Below, one piece after another: positions 1-12,104 of a stretch of DNA of 64,000 nucleotides. Every line of letters begins with the position of its first letter. Position 1 is the first letter of the stretch. The DNA is from Tubiluchus corallicola (Eukaryota; Animalia; Priapulida). The notes under the pieces are model-generated. The model ran no database searches, was not told the origin of the DNA, and saw nothing but the letters and a program-made list of their open reading frames with translations. The stretch spans positions 1-64,000 of the forward strand of contig JAQGDQ010000808.1 of assembly GCA_030141605.1 (NCBI GenBank). Reading direction: 5' to 3'. The position numbers were made by a program, and so were the translations under genes.

Positions 1-267
1 GACAAATCAGTTGTTTCTTATATTTGACACATATAAACCTCTTTACACCGCCTACTATTGGTCTGCATTAAAGTTGGCTTTATAGCAAGTCTCGCATTAT
101 AACAAGGTGCATTAAGACATACATGTCTATGCAATTTAGATATTTCATTTTGTTAAAGAAATTTGAGAATTAATTGAGGTTGGCATTATAAAGGAAGGCG
201 TTTTAATGAAGTTTGATTGTATGTACTGTTCAACAATATCGTGGTAAATAAATGTTGTTCTATAATG

Positions 268-1071
268 CAGTCAAACCTCATTATACCGCCCCTAATTATG
301 TCAGCCTCGATATAATGTCAACTTTTGGCTTGTTCGGATTTTCATATGTATCAAATATAGCGAACACTGCCAACTTCGCCTAGTGCCATTCGCCAACATA
401 CCTGCTGTGGCAAAAGTCCATTTTACATAATAAATCTACCCCGTTATAATGCCAGCAAGGTAAAGTACAATGAATTCCTGCTGAAAAGCAGCCATCTTTT
501 GTATTATAAAAACAATGATCTTTGAACATAAAAAGGTGTTTAAATTAAGACTTCACACATAATTTAGGTTTCGTACCAAGTGATTGTATGAAAGTGAATG
601 TTGAGGTTTTGAGCAAGGAGCATCCATTTTTTTACTTACAAAAGTTGCGTAGCTAAGGCTCATCACTGAATTGATATTACTGATTTAAACTTGAAGGCTG
701 TTAAAGCTGTACTGCTTCGACTCAAGGTCAAATTATGTGCAGCAGCTATTCATAGTTTTAATTGTCCAGTAATGTTACGTTGGGAGCATGGGCTGCATTG
801 GTGCATATTTCTCTTATAACCAGTATTTCACAATTTTACTTCTCCACGCTGTATTAGGTGAAAGTTTTGCAAGGTACTGCTGTAGAACTACACTGTTAAT
901 GCAGTAAAACACTTGTATTGACATATCACATATTAAAATTGACTAGGAAACAAAATCGAGGTTGCACAGTAGAATGGCTTTAATGTTTGATGAATCTCAC
1001 GTTACCACCAATCCTGCTACAACGCCATATTTTGTGGTGTCCCAGACCTGGCATTATAACAAAGTTTACTG
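268..1071. mobile_element. Degraded Tc1/mariner (Tigger/pogo-like) non-autonomous element
   Basis: Starts CAGTCAAACCTCATTATACC and ends GGCATTATAACAAAGTTTACTG followed by TA. A similar terminus (GAAGTTTGATTG-TA) ends near 219. Confidence 0.55.
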
Positions 1072-1370
1072 TATACAGTAGTTGCTCCTTAATAAAACTA
1101 CCACAGGACCAGCAATAAGTAGTCTTGGTAAACGGCAGTTTTCTTATGCGACAGCGTATTGCAGGCGCGTGTATTAGCAAAGTAGATTATGTAAGTGTTT
1201 CACCATAATTAATATGGTATTATGCTTACACACACTGATGCATGGTAAAAATGGCACATGCAAAACTGGCACAGGAAAAAGGGCATAAATGGAAAAAATA
1301 GGAAAAACAATGGCACACTTGTAAAATAGGAGCTTTAGGTTTGGTTACGGTGGGGGATAATTTACATATT

Positions 1371-1600
1371 TTTACCACTGCTAAGGAAGTTATGATTTGA
1401 CATGTTTATTTGTTTGTTTTTTGTCTGTCATAGCAGTATCAGCCTATTGCGCAAACACTACTTTACTTTTTTCCATGAAACTGTCAGGTGGGTAAGGAGC
1501 AAGAAACATGCATTTTGATTCAGATTCTTGGAGAAAGGGAGTGGTAAAAACTGCCAAAAAATAGGCGTTTCGTCTGTTTTTTCTGAACTTGACTGAACAC
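1371..1600 (+). mobile_element. Helentron-associated (HINE/DINE-like) non-autonomous remnant
   Basis: TTACCACTGCTAAGGAAGTTATG...GTTTGTTT..GTCTGT..GCGCAAACACTACT..TTTCCATGAAACT resembles the ATTACCTCCGCCAAGGAGGTTATG / (GTTT/GTCT)n / CATGAAACTT architecture; recognised from memory. Confidence 0.55.
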
Positions 1601-1808
1601 CACAAACATTCGTTAATCACTTCATGGAGATATTAGAGGGAGTGTTATACTCTTTGGAAAGAGGAGAACTTGGCTACTTGACTAGAGTAATTCCTTTTTG
1701 TTATTGCCGCTAGGTCAAACAACTGTGAGTTAGTCTACATTCTATTTCAAGAAATTCTCACTTGGAAAACTGTGTAATGCTGTCTATAAATTTAGCTCAT
1801 ACTGTTCA

Positions 1809-2053
<245 letters not shown>

Positions 2054-2904
2054 TAGGGAGAGATTTATGTATTATTATCTGAAGTTTTGAGAACTCATAC
2101 ACGAAACTTCCCAGCAGTAGATTTTTTAAGTGTATTTCGAGAGAAAAAAATCATTTCTCAATTTGTTCAATAATTTCTCTTGTACAGCATATTCCGCTCG
2201 ATTCTGGTAACTATGCTTTTCACAATTATTAGCTGTTATTATTGGCAAAGAGTCCCGCGAAGGCAATCAGTCTCGTTTCACTGTGGCTTCTTGTTGCTGT
2301 GGATAGAACATTAATGCTGTAAAGATGTCCAACTTGCCCGCCAGGCTAGCAGCCAATTTAATTTCCAAGTCATTCTAAGCAGAACAATTTGATTTCTCCA
2401 AATCAGGAAGAGACACAACAACCAGCCAGAAAACAATTTTCATTTAATTCGTTTAATACCCGTATCATTCGACTTAATCAGCTCATGTTTGCTACAGGCA
2501 ATGAAAACAGAAATCTTTTCAGCAGCCGTTGTTTTATCGATTCTATCGCCGCCTGGTGTTCAAATTAATTATCAACGTTATTGTCATAGTTTGCTAGCTG
2601 ATTTTAGTGGCTGTTATACTTATTCGTGCGAAAACGGCAAGAAAGAAAAATGCATTTTCGCATAACAGTGCATCTATTAAATTAGACCAAATTACGTAAG
2701 TAACTGAAAGGACGTATATGTACAAGAATGGTTGTAGCGAGACCGGAATTTCAATATCGTTATCAATAATAATTCTGCAAGATGTTGGGCTATCAGAGAT
2801 GTGTTAGCTGCTCTCAATGTGTACGAACCCTCCTTCAAATAGTCGATGGCGGTATGGTAGATCAGTCTTCCCGTTTTCCTAGTAAACCAATCACTAGCTT
2901 TCCA

Positions 2905-2960
2905 TAACTAACCAGGCTAAGCGTTGCTTAACTATTGCACTCAGGCACATATTGTGATCA
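2905..2960 (-). repeat. 5S-rRNA-like fragment, probably a SINE remnant
   Basis: Minus strand AGTTAAGCAACGCTTAGCCTGGTTAGT resembles the 5S box A/intermediate element; the flanks do not form a 5S gene. Confidence 0.35.
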
Positions 2961-3696
2961 CTCGGCTGTTCAATGCTTTCAATGGTATTAAACTTTCCTG
3001 ACATTCACTTCTACATGGCCAGAATCGTTCTACGTACTTTTTAGCTCATGTTTTCGTTTCAGACAGTGAATAATGACGATTTTGAAGCATGTTATCGATG
3101 TTGTAAACTAGATTTTTGAAGTATACTTTAAAATTCCGAATCTCTTCACATATCAGCATGATGACAGCAGCGGTGATGTCGTCGCTTTACAACATAGGGT
3201 AACACAAGGAAACGACAACAACACTAACAAGAATAACAACTTTTGCGATTCATAAGTTTTCCATTTATAGCAGTCAAAACAACAAACGAATATATTCGGC
3301 GTACGTGTAAAAATGTTCAGCACCAATAAATTCATCTATAATAGAAACTAATTGCACTAAATTATCGCCTTTACTGTGTGCACCAGGAATCTGTTTCAGA
3401 ATTATTTCTTTGGTAATTACTCTTTTGAAAATTGGGTGGCGCCTAGAGAGAAATCTCGACATTAATAATTTTCTCAATAACTGGTTATAAGGAGATGCAG
3501 ACGCTGTGTCAGGCGCGTTGGTGATCAAGCAAATTAAATTGAAGATTTTGTCTAAGAGGCAGGAAGCAACGCAGACGAGACGCACAGTATCTTTGGCATC
3601 CTTCACTGGAGCGGAAAGGGAACAAAGTTAAAGTTAATCAAATCACGTTCGTCGTGTCATCATTCCTGGTTTTTAAACTTCATTATTAGAATTAAC

Positions 3697-4131
3697 TTAA
3701 AGTACAAGGAAACAATTGTTCATAAATAGAACTGAAAAAAATCTTATTGAAATTTTGAATCATTTGAAATTTTAAACTCCCAAAATGACCGTTAGACGCA
3801 GTTATTTTAACAGTAAGTTGTGTAAATTAAAACAAGTTTAAATAATATTGCGTAAAATCTGTACATTTGTAGCACACTCTTCGCTAACTAAGCTAAAGTT
3901 AAAGTTACTTTACAAAATGAATAATGAGTTTTTTTGGTAAGCAAGTGGTGCACACACTGGGATGGTGAGGCAGTGTCGTTCTATTAGTTGGCACGAACAT
4001 TTTAAATTATTAAGAATTTTCTTTTTTAGTAACTGAGTCTTTCAAATAGGTAAGCGTAATTCTAAGTAATACAACTTTGTGTGGAAAGTTCTTTTTGATA
4101 TACTTTGAAACTCCCTTTCCTTTTTCTTCAA
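3697..4131. mobile_element. Kolobok/T2-like MITE family C, degraded copy
   Basis: Colinear with 5658-6139 (shared CGCTAACTAAGC, AGTGGTGCACAC, ACTTTGT.TGGAAA.TTCTTTT); starts TTAAAG. Confidence 0.6.
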
Positions 4132-5657
4132 AGATGGAAAATTATTAAAGATGCCTTGGTGGTAATAGCTTCACTTATTTTCCAAAACTATTGGAAATCT
4201 TCTTCAGTCTTAGACTGAAACAGTCGTAAATTTAAAATACGCTGTGTAAGCTTATTAACTCTTAGCACAATCTGTATAGCTACCCAAACTAACCAATGTC
4301 ATTGTGACTGGTAAACTGTTAAATTGACTAATCAATCCAGTGACCAAAAGATCAACAAGTAGCCCAAGCTCCGACATAAAGAAGAAATGACCAACCTTTA
4401 GACTGACTAGCTGTTTTGCTGCTCGTTTACTATTGAAATCAGACAAATAAAAATCGCAGATCACTCCAAATGATTTAATTTTGAATTGTTTTCATGCTGT
4501 GTTATCAACTTCCTACCAAGATCGCTTGTTTCGACTATGAAGATTAACCCCAGCTTTTAGGAATGCGTAACGTCACGCTGTTTTTCGTGCTAAAACAATT
4601 TGTTTAGTCTAAGACAAAATAATTATGACTTTACAACTTCTTTAACTCTTTCACGGCAGCGCATGTGCAAATTATAACTGGAAATTCATGGAAATCTATG
4701 GTTTTAACAGAATGGGTTTTCCTTGATGAGAAGCGTGCGAGAAAACAAGAAAATCGTCAAACTGGAATCAAATCGTACAAGTAATGCACTGCTCTACTAA
4801 AACTCTTCACTTTCTTTCGGTTTAATATTGCGCACAATAAAAGAAGTCCGACATATCACTGTTGCTGAGTGGTCAGCAAAGAGAAATATTAAAGTGAATC
4901 ATCACAAAATGGAATGTGAATGCAACTGAGTTTGATTTTGAGAACAGCAATTATATCTCAAAGTAGATAATAACTCCATTGATGTTAACGCGTGTGTAAA
5001 GGCTGCCTTTGTAAGATCTATGGACAACACGTTTACTCACGGCATAGAGCAATTATTAGATCAATTATTTTCTGTCTGTTAATTTGCTTCATCGTAGTGT
5101 GTAGTGTGAGAATTAAAACGCAGCCTGCTTAACTGTGAGAATTAAATCGACTTGACTTGACTAATGCTGACGTATCACTTGCTAACACAAGTCTGTCAGG
5201 GCTGTTTGCAACCAATGCCAGCTTATTTATAAAGCGCGTAATAATCGGATATTTTGCTGAGTAAATCTCGAATATAAAGATTCAATATTTTAGTAAAGTA
5301 AGCAATGGGTGTGCGTAAGCAGCTTTTCTGATATGTTTTGTTAGAAAATATTTGGCACAGAAGATTTGACCACATTACAGAATATCTAAATTTTCAATTG
5401 TGTTGGAAATCGATTTTCAACAAAGACTCCACAGTACTCAACACCTATGTGCACATGCAGGCAGATACTTCGTTTAATTTAACTTAAATTATTGAACTAT
5501 TTTTGTAAAAATAAAATTGAAGTACAGTTATGATACTAACTTCACATTACGTGCATTAAAAAAGTCCCTGTTACCAGGCATTGAGTTACAGCGTTAAAGG
5601 CGTTGCGCTCTGCAAGAAATGTAGGAAGTGATGAGCTATAATATCTTCAGCTCAACA

Positions 5658-6139
5658 TTAAAGGGCAAGAAAATAATCTTTGTAAATAAAGTTTTAAAAT
5701 GCGTTTTGAAATTTTATATTCCTTACATGCTGTGTTATTGCAATTGCTTGCGTTCGAGCTTGCGTCAGCAGTAACGCTGTGTAAAACTTGTTAAATTAAA
5801 TCCCCGAAATGACTGTTAATCGCAGGCATTTTTGCAGCAAGTTGTTTGAAACAAGTTTAAGTAACACTGCATCAAGTTTGGAAAAATAATCAGAGCATTT
5901 GTACATTCGCAGCCGTACTCATCGCTAACTAAGCAAAAGTATAAAGTAATTTATATTGTCGAGCAATAATGTGTTCTTGGTGACCCAGTGGTGCACACTG
6001 GGAGAATGATGCTGTGGCATGACGCGAACATCTTATATTACTAAGATTTTTTTCTTAGCTTTTGAACAGCTAGATAATATAACTTTGTATGGAAAATTCT
6101 TTTGGATGTACAATAAAATTCCTTTTTCTTTCTCTTTAA
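5658..6139. mobile_element. Kolobok/T2-like MITE family C
   Basis: TTAAAGGGCAAGAAAA ... TTTTCTTTCTCTTTAA imperfect TIRs with TTAA ends; a reverse fragment lies at about 21683-21808. Confidence 0.65.
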
Positions 6140-6834
6140 TCAAAATAGAAGCAAGCGAGGCTAAAGTAACCGGAGCCTATATATGCCTGATAAGGCTAAA
6201 TATTTTACTTGGATTTACATTAATTTTTAAAAGCCTTCTAAACATCTTTTTCTGTGCTGCACATAAGACCACCATCAACCAAGGCTTTGCAAGTTAGAAA
6301 ATCATTCTGTGCTGTATCGACTGGCAACCATCACTACCGTTTGAAAACGAATCTAAGTTGAACAAGTTTAATTTAAAGTAAAGAAACCTGCAAGTTTACC
6401 GATCAAACCATCGCGAACAGTTCGAAATTGTTTCGTCTGGGCAAAAATGAAACACGTTTAGTTAAGTCAACAGAATAATTAGATTGTTTGTTCTGTGAAA
6501 CAGCACCTTCATTTGTATAGCTTTCGAGTGCTTCGATTAGAAGAGTTTATCACGACTATGTAACCGAATAACAACTCGTCGAAACTCTAAAAACAAACAT
6601 TTTAAAATCTAATCATGCTGGTATGCTGGTGGCTTATAATTCGGGTTAACTAAAGACTTTTTCCACGAACTATTAAAAGCTTTTCAGCTTAGAACAGCTG
6701 TTTTTGTTTCTAATTTAAACTTTTTCGTAATGTGCAGAGGAATGTAAATACAAAACAATACAAAGTTTTGCTGTGAATGTCAGTACACAACTGTTGTGAT
6801 GAAACAATTTCTAAAAGTTTCTAGAAGGAACAGA

Positions 6835-7000
<166 letters not shown>

Positions 7001-7334
7001 GTCATTGTCGTCGTCGTCGTCATTGAAGGTGAAACTGATTAAAGGATCACTGTTATCATTGTTCTACAAATAGTAGCGTCTCGGTTGTTATTTGCATTTA
7101 GAAGACTTCCACTCATTTCGTTTGTTTTTTCACTCATGAAATCTTTTGTACACAATTCGGAATCTTGCAACTCGGAATTAAGCATTAATTGCAGGTGCTG
7201 TTCAAAATGGACGATCGTGGCGAGACTGGGTGGGGCCTAATTCATCACGAAGGTATTTAGGATGAGCCACTGAACCGTCCAACTACGTTTGGACGTGTAT
7301 ACATCTTCCCTCTACAAAGCAAATAGCCATAACC

Positions 7335-8735
7335 AGCATGGCGAATGAAACCCCCCCCAGAGTGAGAAGTGAACCAGTTTGCTCATCCACTTACTGTCCA
7401 ATACAACGCCGAGACCGCGGCTGAGACATGCTTTCCTGCACCTGAATTCACATTTTCACTTTTTTATTGTAGTCCCTTACTTCATTTACTTAGAATAGCC
7501 TTTGGATAACGGTCAATCAGTTAAATTTCTAATTTTTAATATTTTTAATATTTTAATTTAAAACTTTCTTTTAGTACATACATTAGTGCCGATACGTAGT
7601 TGTGACTTGTACACAATTGAGACACACTTGACTTATTTACATTGATGAAGGCGAGATGGACTGGGAGACTCAGGCTTAGCCTCCACGACTGAACTAAAAT
7701 GATTGATGATAACAGCCGGGAGATTGATGGAGCGGGTAACAATGTTCATAAATATAATTTTACGGGCGATTTTTCACGTTGAATGGCCGCCATGCTCGTA
7801 AAGCCAGTCTTTGACACATATTTCTCTAAAGTGTCTGAAAGCTCGTAAATCTCTTTTTAATAATACAATTTACATAACAAAGAGGGCCAGTACAACGCAG
7901 AACCATGAAGCTAATTTGTAAACTGCTGCACAGATTCTGCAGTGGGATGATGATGATGTTGTACTCGCAGACAGGTTTATGGAAATTCCAGTTCGAAAGA
8001 ATCTGCTCTCTAGATAATCGCGTACTTTGGCTTGCTTAATGACATCTTGTTAAATTCGAGAGTTTGTTAATTTAAAGTGAATATGGCGACGATAACCGCA
8101 ACTACAACGGCTATAATAATAAGTGTTTAAATGACGATAACGATTGGACGGCGGTGATTGTGGTTTTCGTAACGATTTAAGATGATGATGATAGTGGTGA
8201 TAATGGTAATGGCGATGACGATGACGTGGACGGTGACGGCGACGATGACGATGATGATGATAATGGTGATGGTGGTGATGGTGATGACTGCGAGTAATAA
8301 TAATAAGTGTTTAAATGACGATAACGATTGGACGGCGGTGATTGTGGTTTTCGTAACGATTTAAGATGATGATGATAGTGGTGATAATGGTAATGGCGAT
8401 GACGATGACGTGGACGGTGACGGCGACGATGACGATGATGATGATAATGGTGGTGGTGGTGATGGTGATGACTGCGAGTAATAGTAAAGGAGACATAAAA
8501 ACAAAACGAGATCAGCATGACGCAATCAGCACGGTGAATGAAACTTGCAGAGTGAAAATTGAACCAGTTTTCTCATTCACTTGCTGACTAATGACGCTGT
8601 TTTTAATTTTGGTCACCGAGACGAAGAGAGATGTCGATATACCTGTGCATACTTTCCTGTATCTGTACTTACATTTTCACTTTTTTGTTGTAGTCCTACA
8701 CTTAGAATGTGTCTACTGCATTACGGTCAATGGTC
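7335..8735 (+). repeat. Pair of diverged ~200-bp dispersed repeats (about 7335-7520 and 8530-8735)
   Basis: Shared GAATGAAAC..CAGAGTGA.AA.TGAACCAGTTT.CTCAT.CACTT and CACATTTTCACTTTTT..TTGTAGTCC..ACTTAGAAT..ACGGTCAAT. Confidence 0.7.
8113..8482. repeat. Near-perfect 184-bp tandem duplication of GAT/GAC/GGT low-complexity sequence
   Basis: AAGTGTTTAAATGACGATAACG recurs at 8121 and 8305. Confidence 0.95.
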
Positions 8736-10731
8736 AATGGTTACTGGATTTATCTGAGGCAACATATAAAAGTGTAGATCACACAATGAAAAGTACACGA
8801 AAAGTTTGGTTCAAACTATTACGTTGTGAAGTAGATGTTTAACAAGATTTTAATCAATTAATCGCAAATTTTACAATTAAGATTACGATTACGAATAAGA
8901 GTGATGAATTCTGAATGTTACTTACCATTTTGATTATTAACACGACATCCTAGCAAAAGAGTGGTGAATATTATTTAACTAACATAATAGATATGACGCG
9001 TAAATAATTATCCGTTTCATTAACACTAATCCGTAATAACATAACATTAATTCTGTATGTGATTCCGGTATATAATTTTCACTAATTGTCTCCCCAAACG
9101 CGAATATCACTGCGCAAGTCGCTAATAGGGTTTCTAAATCCCCAACTTCCTTTGCCTAAAATTCTCAGCACATTTTATGCATCACAACAAACATTTGTGC
9201 TAATACTCACGCGGTCAGCTGTTAATTATGCATTTCCTGGCCCGAGTTTATTTAGTTAATTCCGTCCGACGCGGATACGATTTAGACAAGTGCCGTGTCG
9301 GTCGAAGTGTTTCACGCATTTAGGGAAGCTCACACGTTTGGCGCGTGTGCGGGAGAAAGAGAAGCCAGTGTTTCTCGTGTCTCCTCCTCCACATATTAGC
9401 GAAAACCGGAGCATGTTAGAGGTAACTCTGGAGATGCGGGAAAACGAAGTATAATCGCCAAATTTTATTAAATTCCTATTAACGCAGCCATCTGCAGTGA
9501 AAATATCTACTCGTTGGATCAGATTTGTGAGAAGTCAAAGAAATAATCAATTATAGTCAAATGTAAGTTAAGTCTGCTGCCAATTCAAACAAAAATTGTT
9601 AAAGGTAGGCTAGCCTCAACTGGTTCAAAAATAAACTAGTAGATGGCTGAAACACACAAAGCCAAGCTGTTGAGTTTTTGACAAGTGATTAAGTAGTTAG
9701 AACAGAGTTCAAATTTTTCATTAAATTAACAATGATTTCTTCAATTTTGTCCATTTGAAATAAAAAATGAAAACTGGCAATAATTTAATATTGTGAAGGT
9801 TACTGTTTGACAGTTAGAGTGTATTTTCCTGCGGAGTCTATTACACAACCTTGCCAAATTTAATTGTGCTTTTCATTAACAGTATAAAGTTATTTCAACT
9901 TCAGTCTGTCAAAACAACGGCACAGTACACAACAGGTTCTTTTAATTTCTTTTGAAAATGCTGTTAGATAAATGTCTACGCTATTATGACTGAAGCCTTT
10001 TCTCTTAGCCTGACGTTTGCGAAAAACTGAGAACAGATCAATAATTTTAATCAATGCAGCAAAACCGGAAAAAACATAACTTATCTCGCCTTGTTGCTTT
10101 TGATTACGCAAAGAAAAACGCTGTCAGTGTCAAATAATAATTATTCGTGTTTCCATAAGCTGTATTAAAAAGGATAACAACGCGCACATATGCTCAAATT
10201 AATAATTTTCTGTCGATACCCGAGTTGGGGAAATTAAATGTAAATAGGATTAGGACTCGCTGATTTATTCCCAACCCTATTTAACTCACTCTAGTCGTCC
10301 TGGAGGTTTCGTGACCCAAGGTTTGATAGGCATCGAATAGGAGATTGTTTCAACTTGAAGACGCTTTAAAACTGCCACCAGAAAGAGTGGCAGGTGAAAC
10401 TGCACAGAAGCAAATTTCATGACAGTCACTCACCAGCACAGTTTAATTTAATGTTTTTTTGTATGGCCCTTTGTGAAAGCTCTTAGCGAAATGATTAAAG
10501 CTAGAGTTACTCTCTGTACTTTCTACCAAGCTAATCATAGCAGCGTTGCAGCACTGATATGTAGCGTAGCTACTGATTTTTGCATCCTAAAGTTGGCTCT
10601 TGGAACTAGTTGGTGGCCAAAGAGCTAGCAACTATAAAGTTCGCGAGCATGTTCATTTTTTATTATTTACTCGCATTTCACTGTTTCAAAGGTTTCAGTA
10701 AAATGGCAGCATTTTAGCATTTGATATGATT

Positions 10732-11076
10732 TTAAAGGAAAGGCCATGCCTTCTGGACAGTTAGACTTATTTTAATTTTCGGTAAAAATGTTAGAAAGAT
10801 TAAGTAATAAAAGTGTGATAAGCGCCTCATCTAATTAGTAAAATCACTTTAAAAGCGTGATCATTTCAGATTGGGCACACCCAGTTTGAATACCCGTTCT
10901 CCCACCAATGACGTCGTTCATCGGGCTGAAGAAAAAAACACCACACTGTCGATTTCTGTCAAAAGTATAATGAGTTTTAGCTAATTTTTTGATATTTTTG
11001 CATGAACGTTGGGTAACCTATGCAGATGTTACAGTAAAATAACGCAACATGCTAAGTGACTTGTCCTTTCTTTTAA
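10732..11076. mobile_element. Kolobok/T2-like MITE family A, uninterrupted copy
   Basis: TTAAAGGAAAGGCCATG ... GACTTGTCCTTTCTTTTAA; homologous to 12105-14992 (reverse) and 58312-59323. Confidence 0.7.
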
Positions 11077-12104
11077 TTAAAATAACAACTAAATTTAAAA
11101 TTGCAGTATAATTTCTGTAAAAATTCACACAGTCATTTAGTTGCCGTATTCGCTTTTAGACTAACTAGAATTGATAAATTACTCGGTGAAAAGTCGATCA
11201 GATTTTCGGGTTGACAAAGGGTTAAGCACATGATTAAGAGTGCGAAAAGTTGTTTTTTTTATTCCACTGTGCTGTGTCTGCTAGCAGCTGTTCCTATTTT
11301 GCCCCAATAGACTGAAGAAATGAAAACAAATAGGGGAAATCTTGCAGACTGACTGTCTAATGTGTGCGCAATCTGGATAAGATTGTTTATCATTCTGGCT
11401 TCTCTTCATAGTTTGCTTTCCTGGGCTCCCCAGTGTGTTTGCACTTTCCTGAAATTTTCTTTTACGCGTGTTAGAAATAATTTGGAGTAGCAAAAGTTTT
11501 GTATTAGTGCAATTGTGGCTATTGTAATTTCTTTTCTAATTGTATCATTATTTTAAAAGTGATGATAATTTTATAAAAGTAGAGTTTTAAAGCAGAGCAA
11601 CATATTATTTTTTTATTCTGCCTTGTACTTTATTTAATTTAATTTTAATTCAATTTATTTTATTTCATTCAGCAAGTATGTTCTGGATGGTTGCGAAAGT
11701 AGTTGCAAACATTGAAATTGTTTTTAAAAAATTCTCAGAATATCAAAAAAATTGCGATAGTGCTGTTAGTAAGTGCTTACTCTTGTTTTGTGATTAATTT
11801 AACCATACAATACACAATTAATATTAGTCGTTTATTTGCACTTAAACTGTTGTAAAATGAGCAGTGAACTAGCGCTATAATATTAGAGAAGTAATTCTTC
11901 TTATTTATGAGGATTTGCACTAGTATTGTGAGTCTACGCTATAGATGGCAGCACGGTACAGTTAGAAAGTATAATCTGGAAATTACGTATTTACAGAATA
12001 ATAAATAAATTAAGAATGATTATTATTAAGTGTAGAAAAAAGATATTTTTGGGCTATTTTATGTCCGCTTCTCCATGATTCGAAATTTTTTATTCAAGCA
12101 ATTA

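Noticed and set aside
2850-2960. 5S rRNA gene
   Set aside because: Only about 27 nt resemble 5S; box C and the termini are absent.
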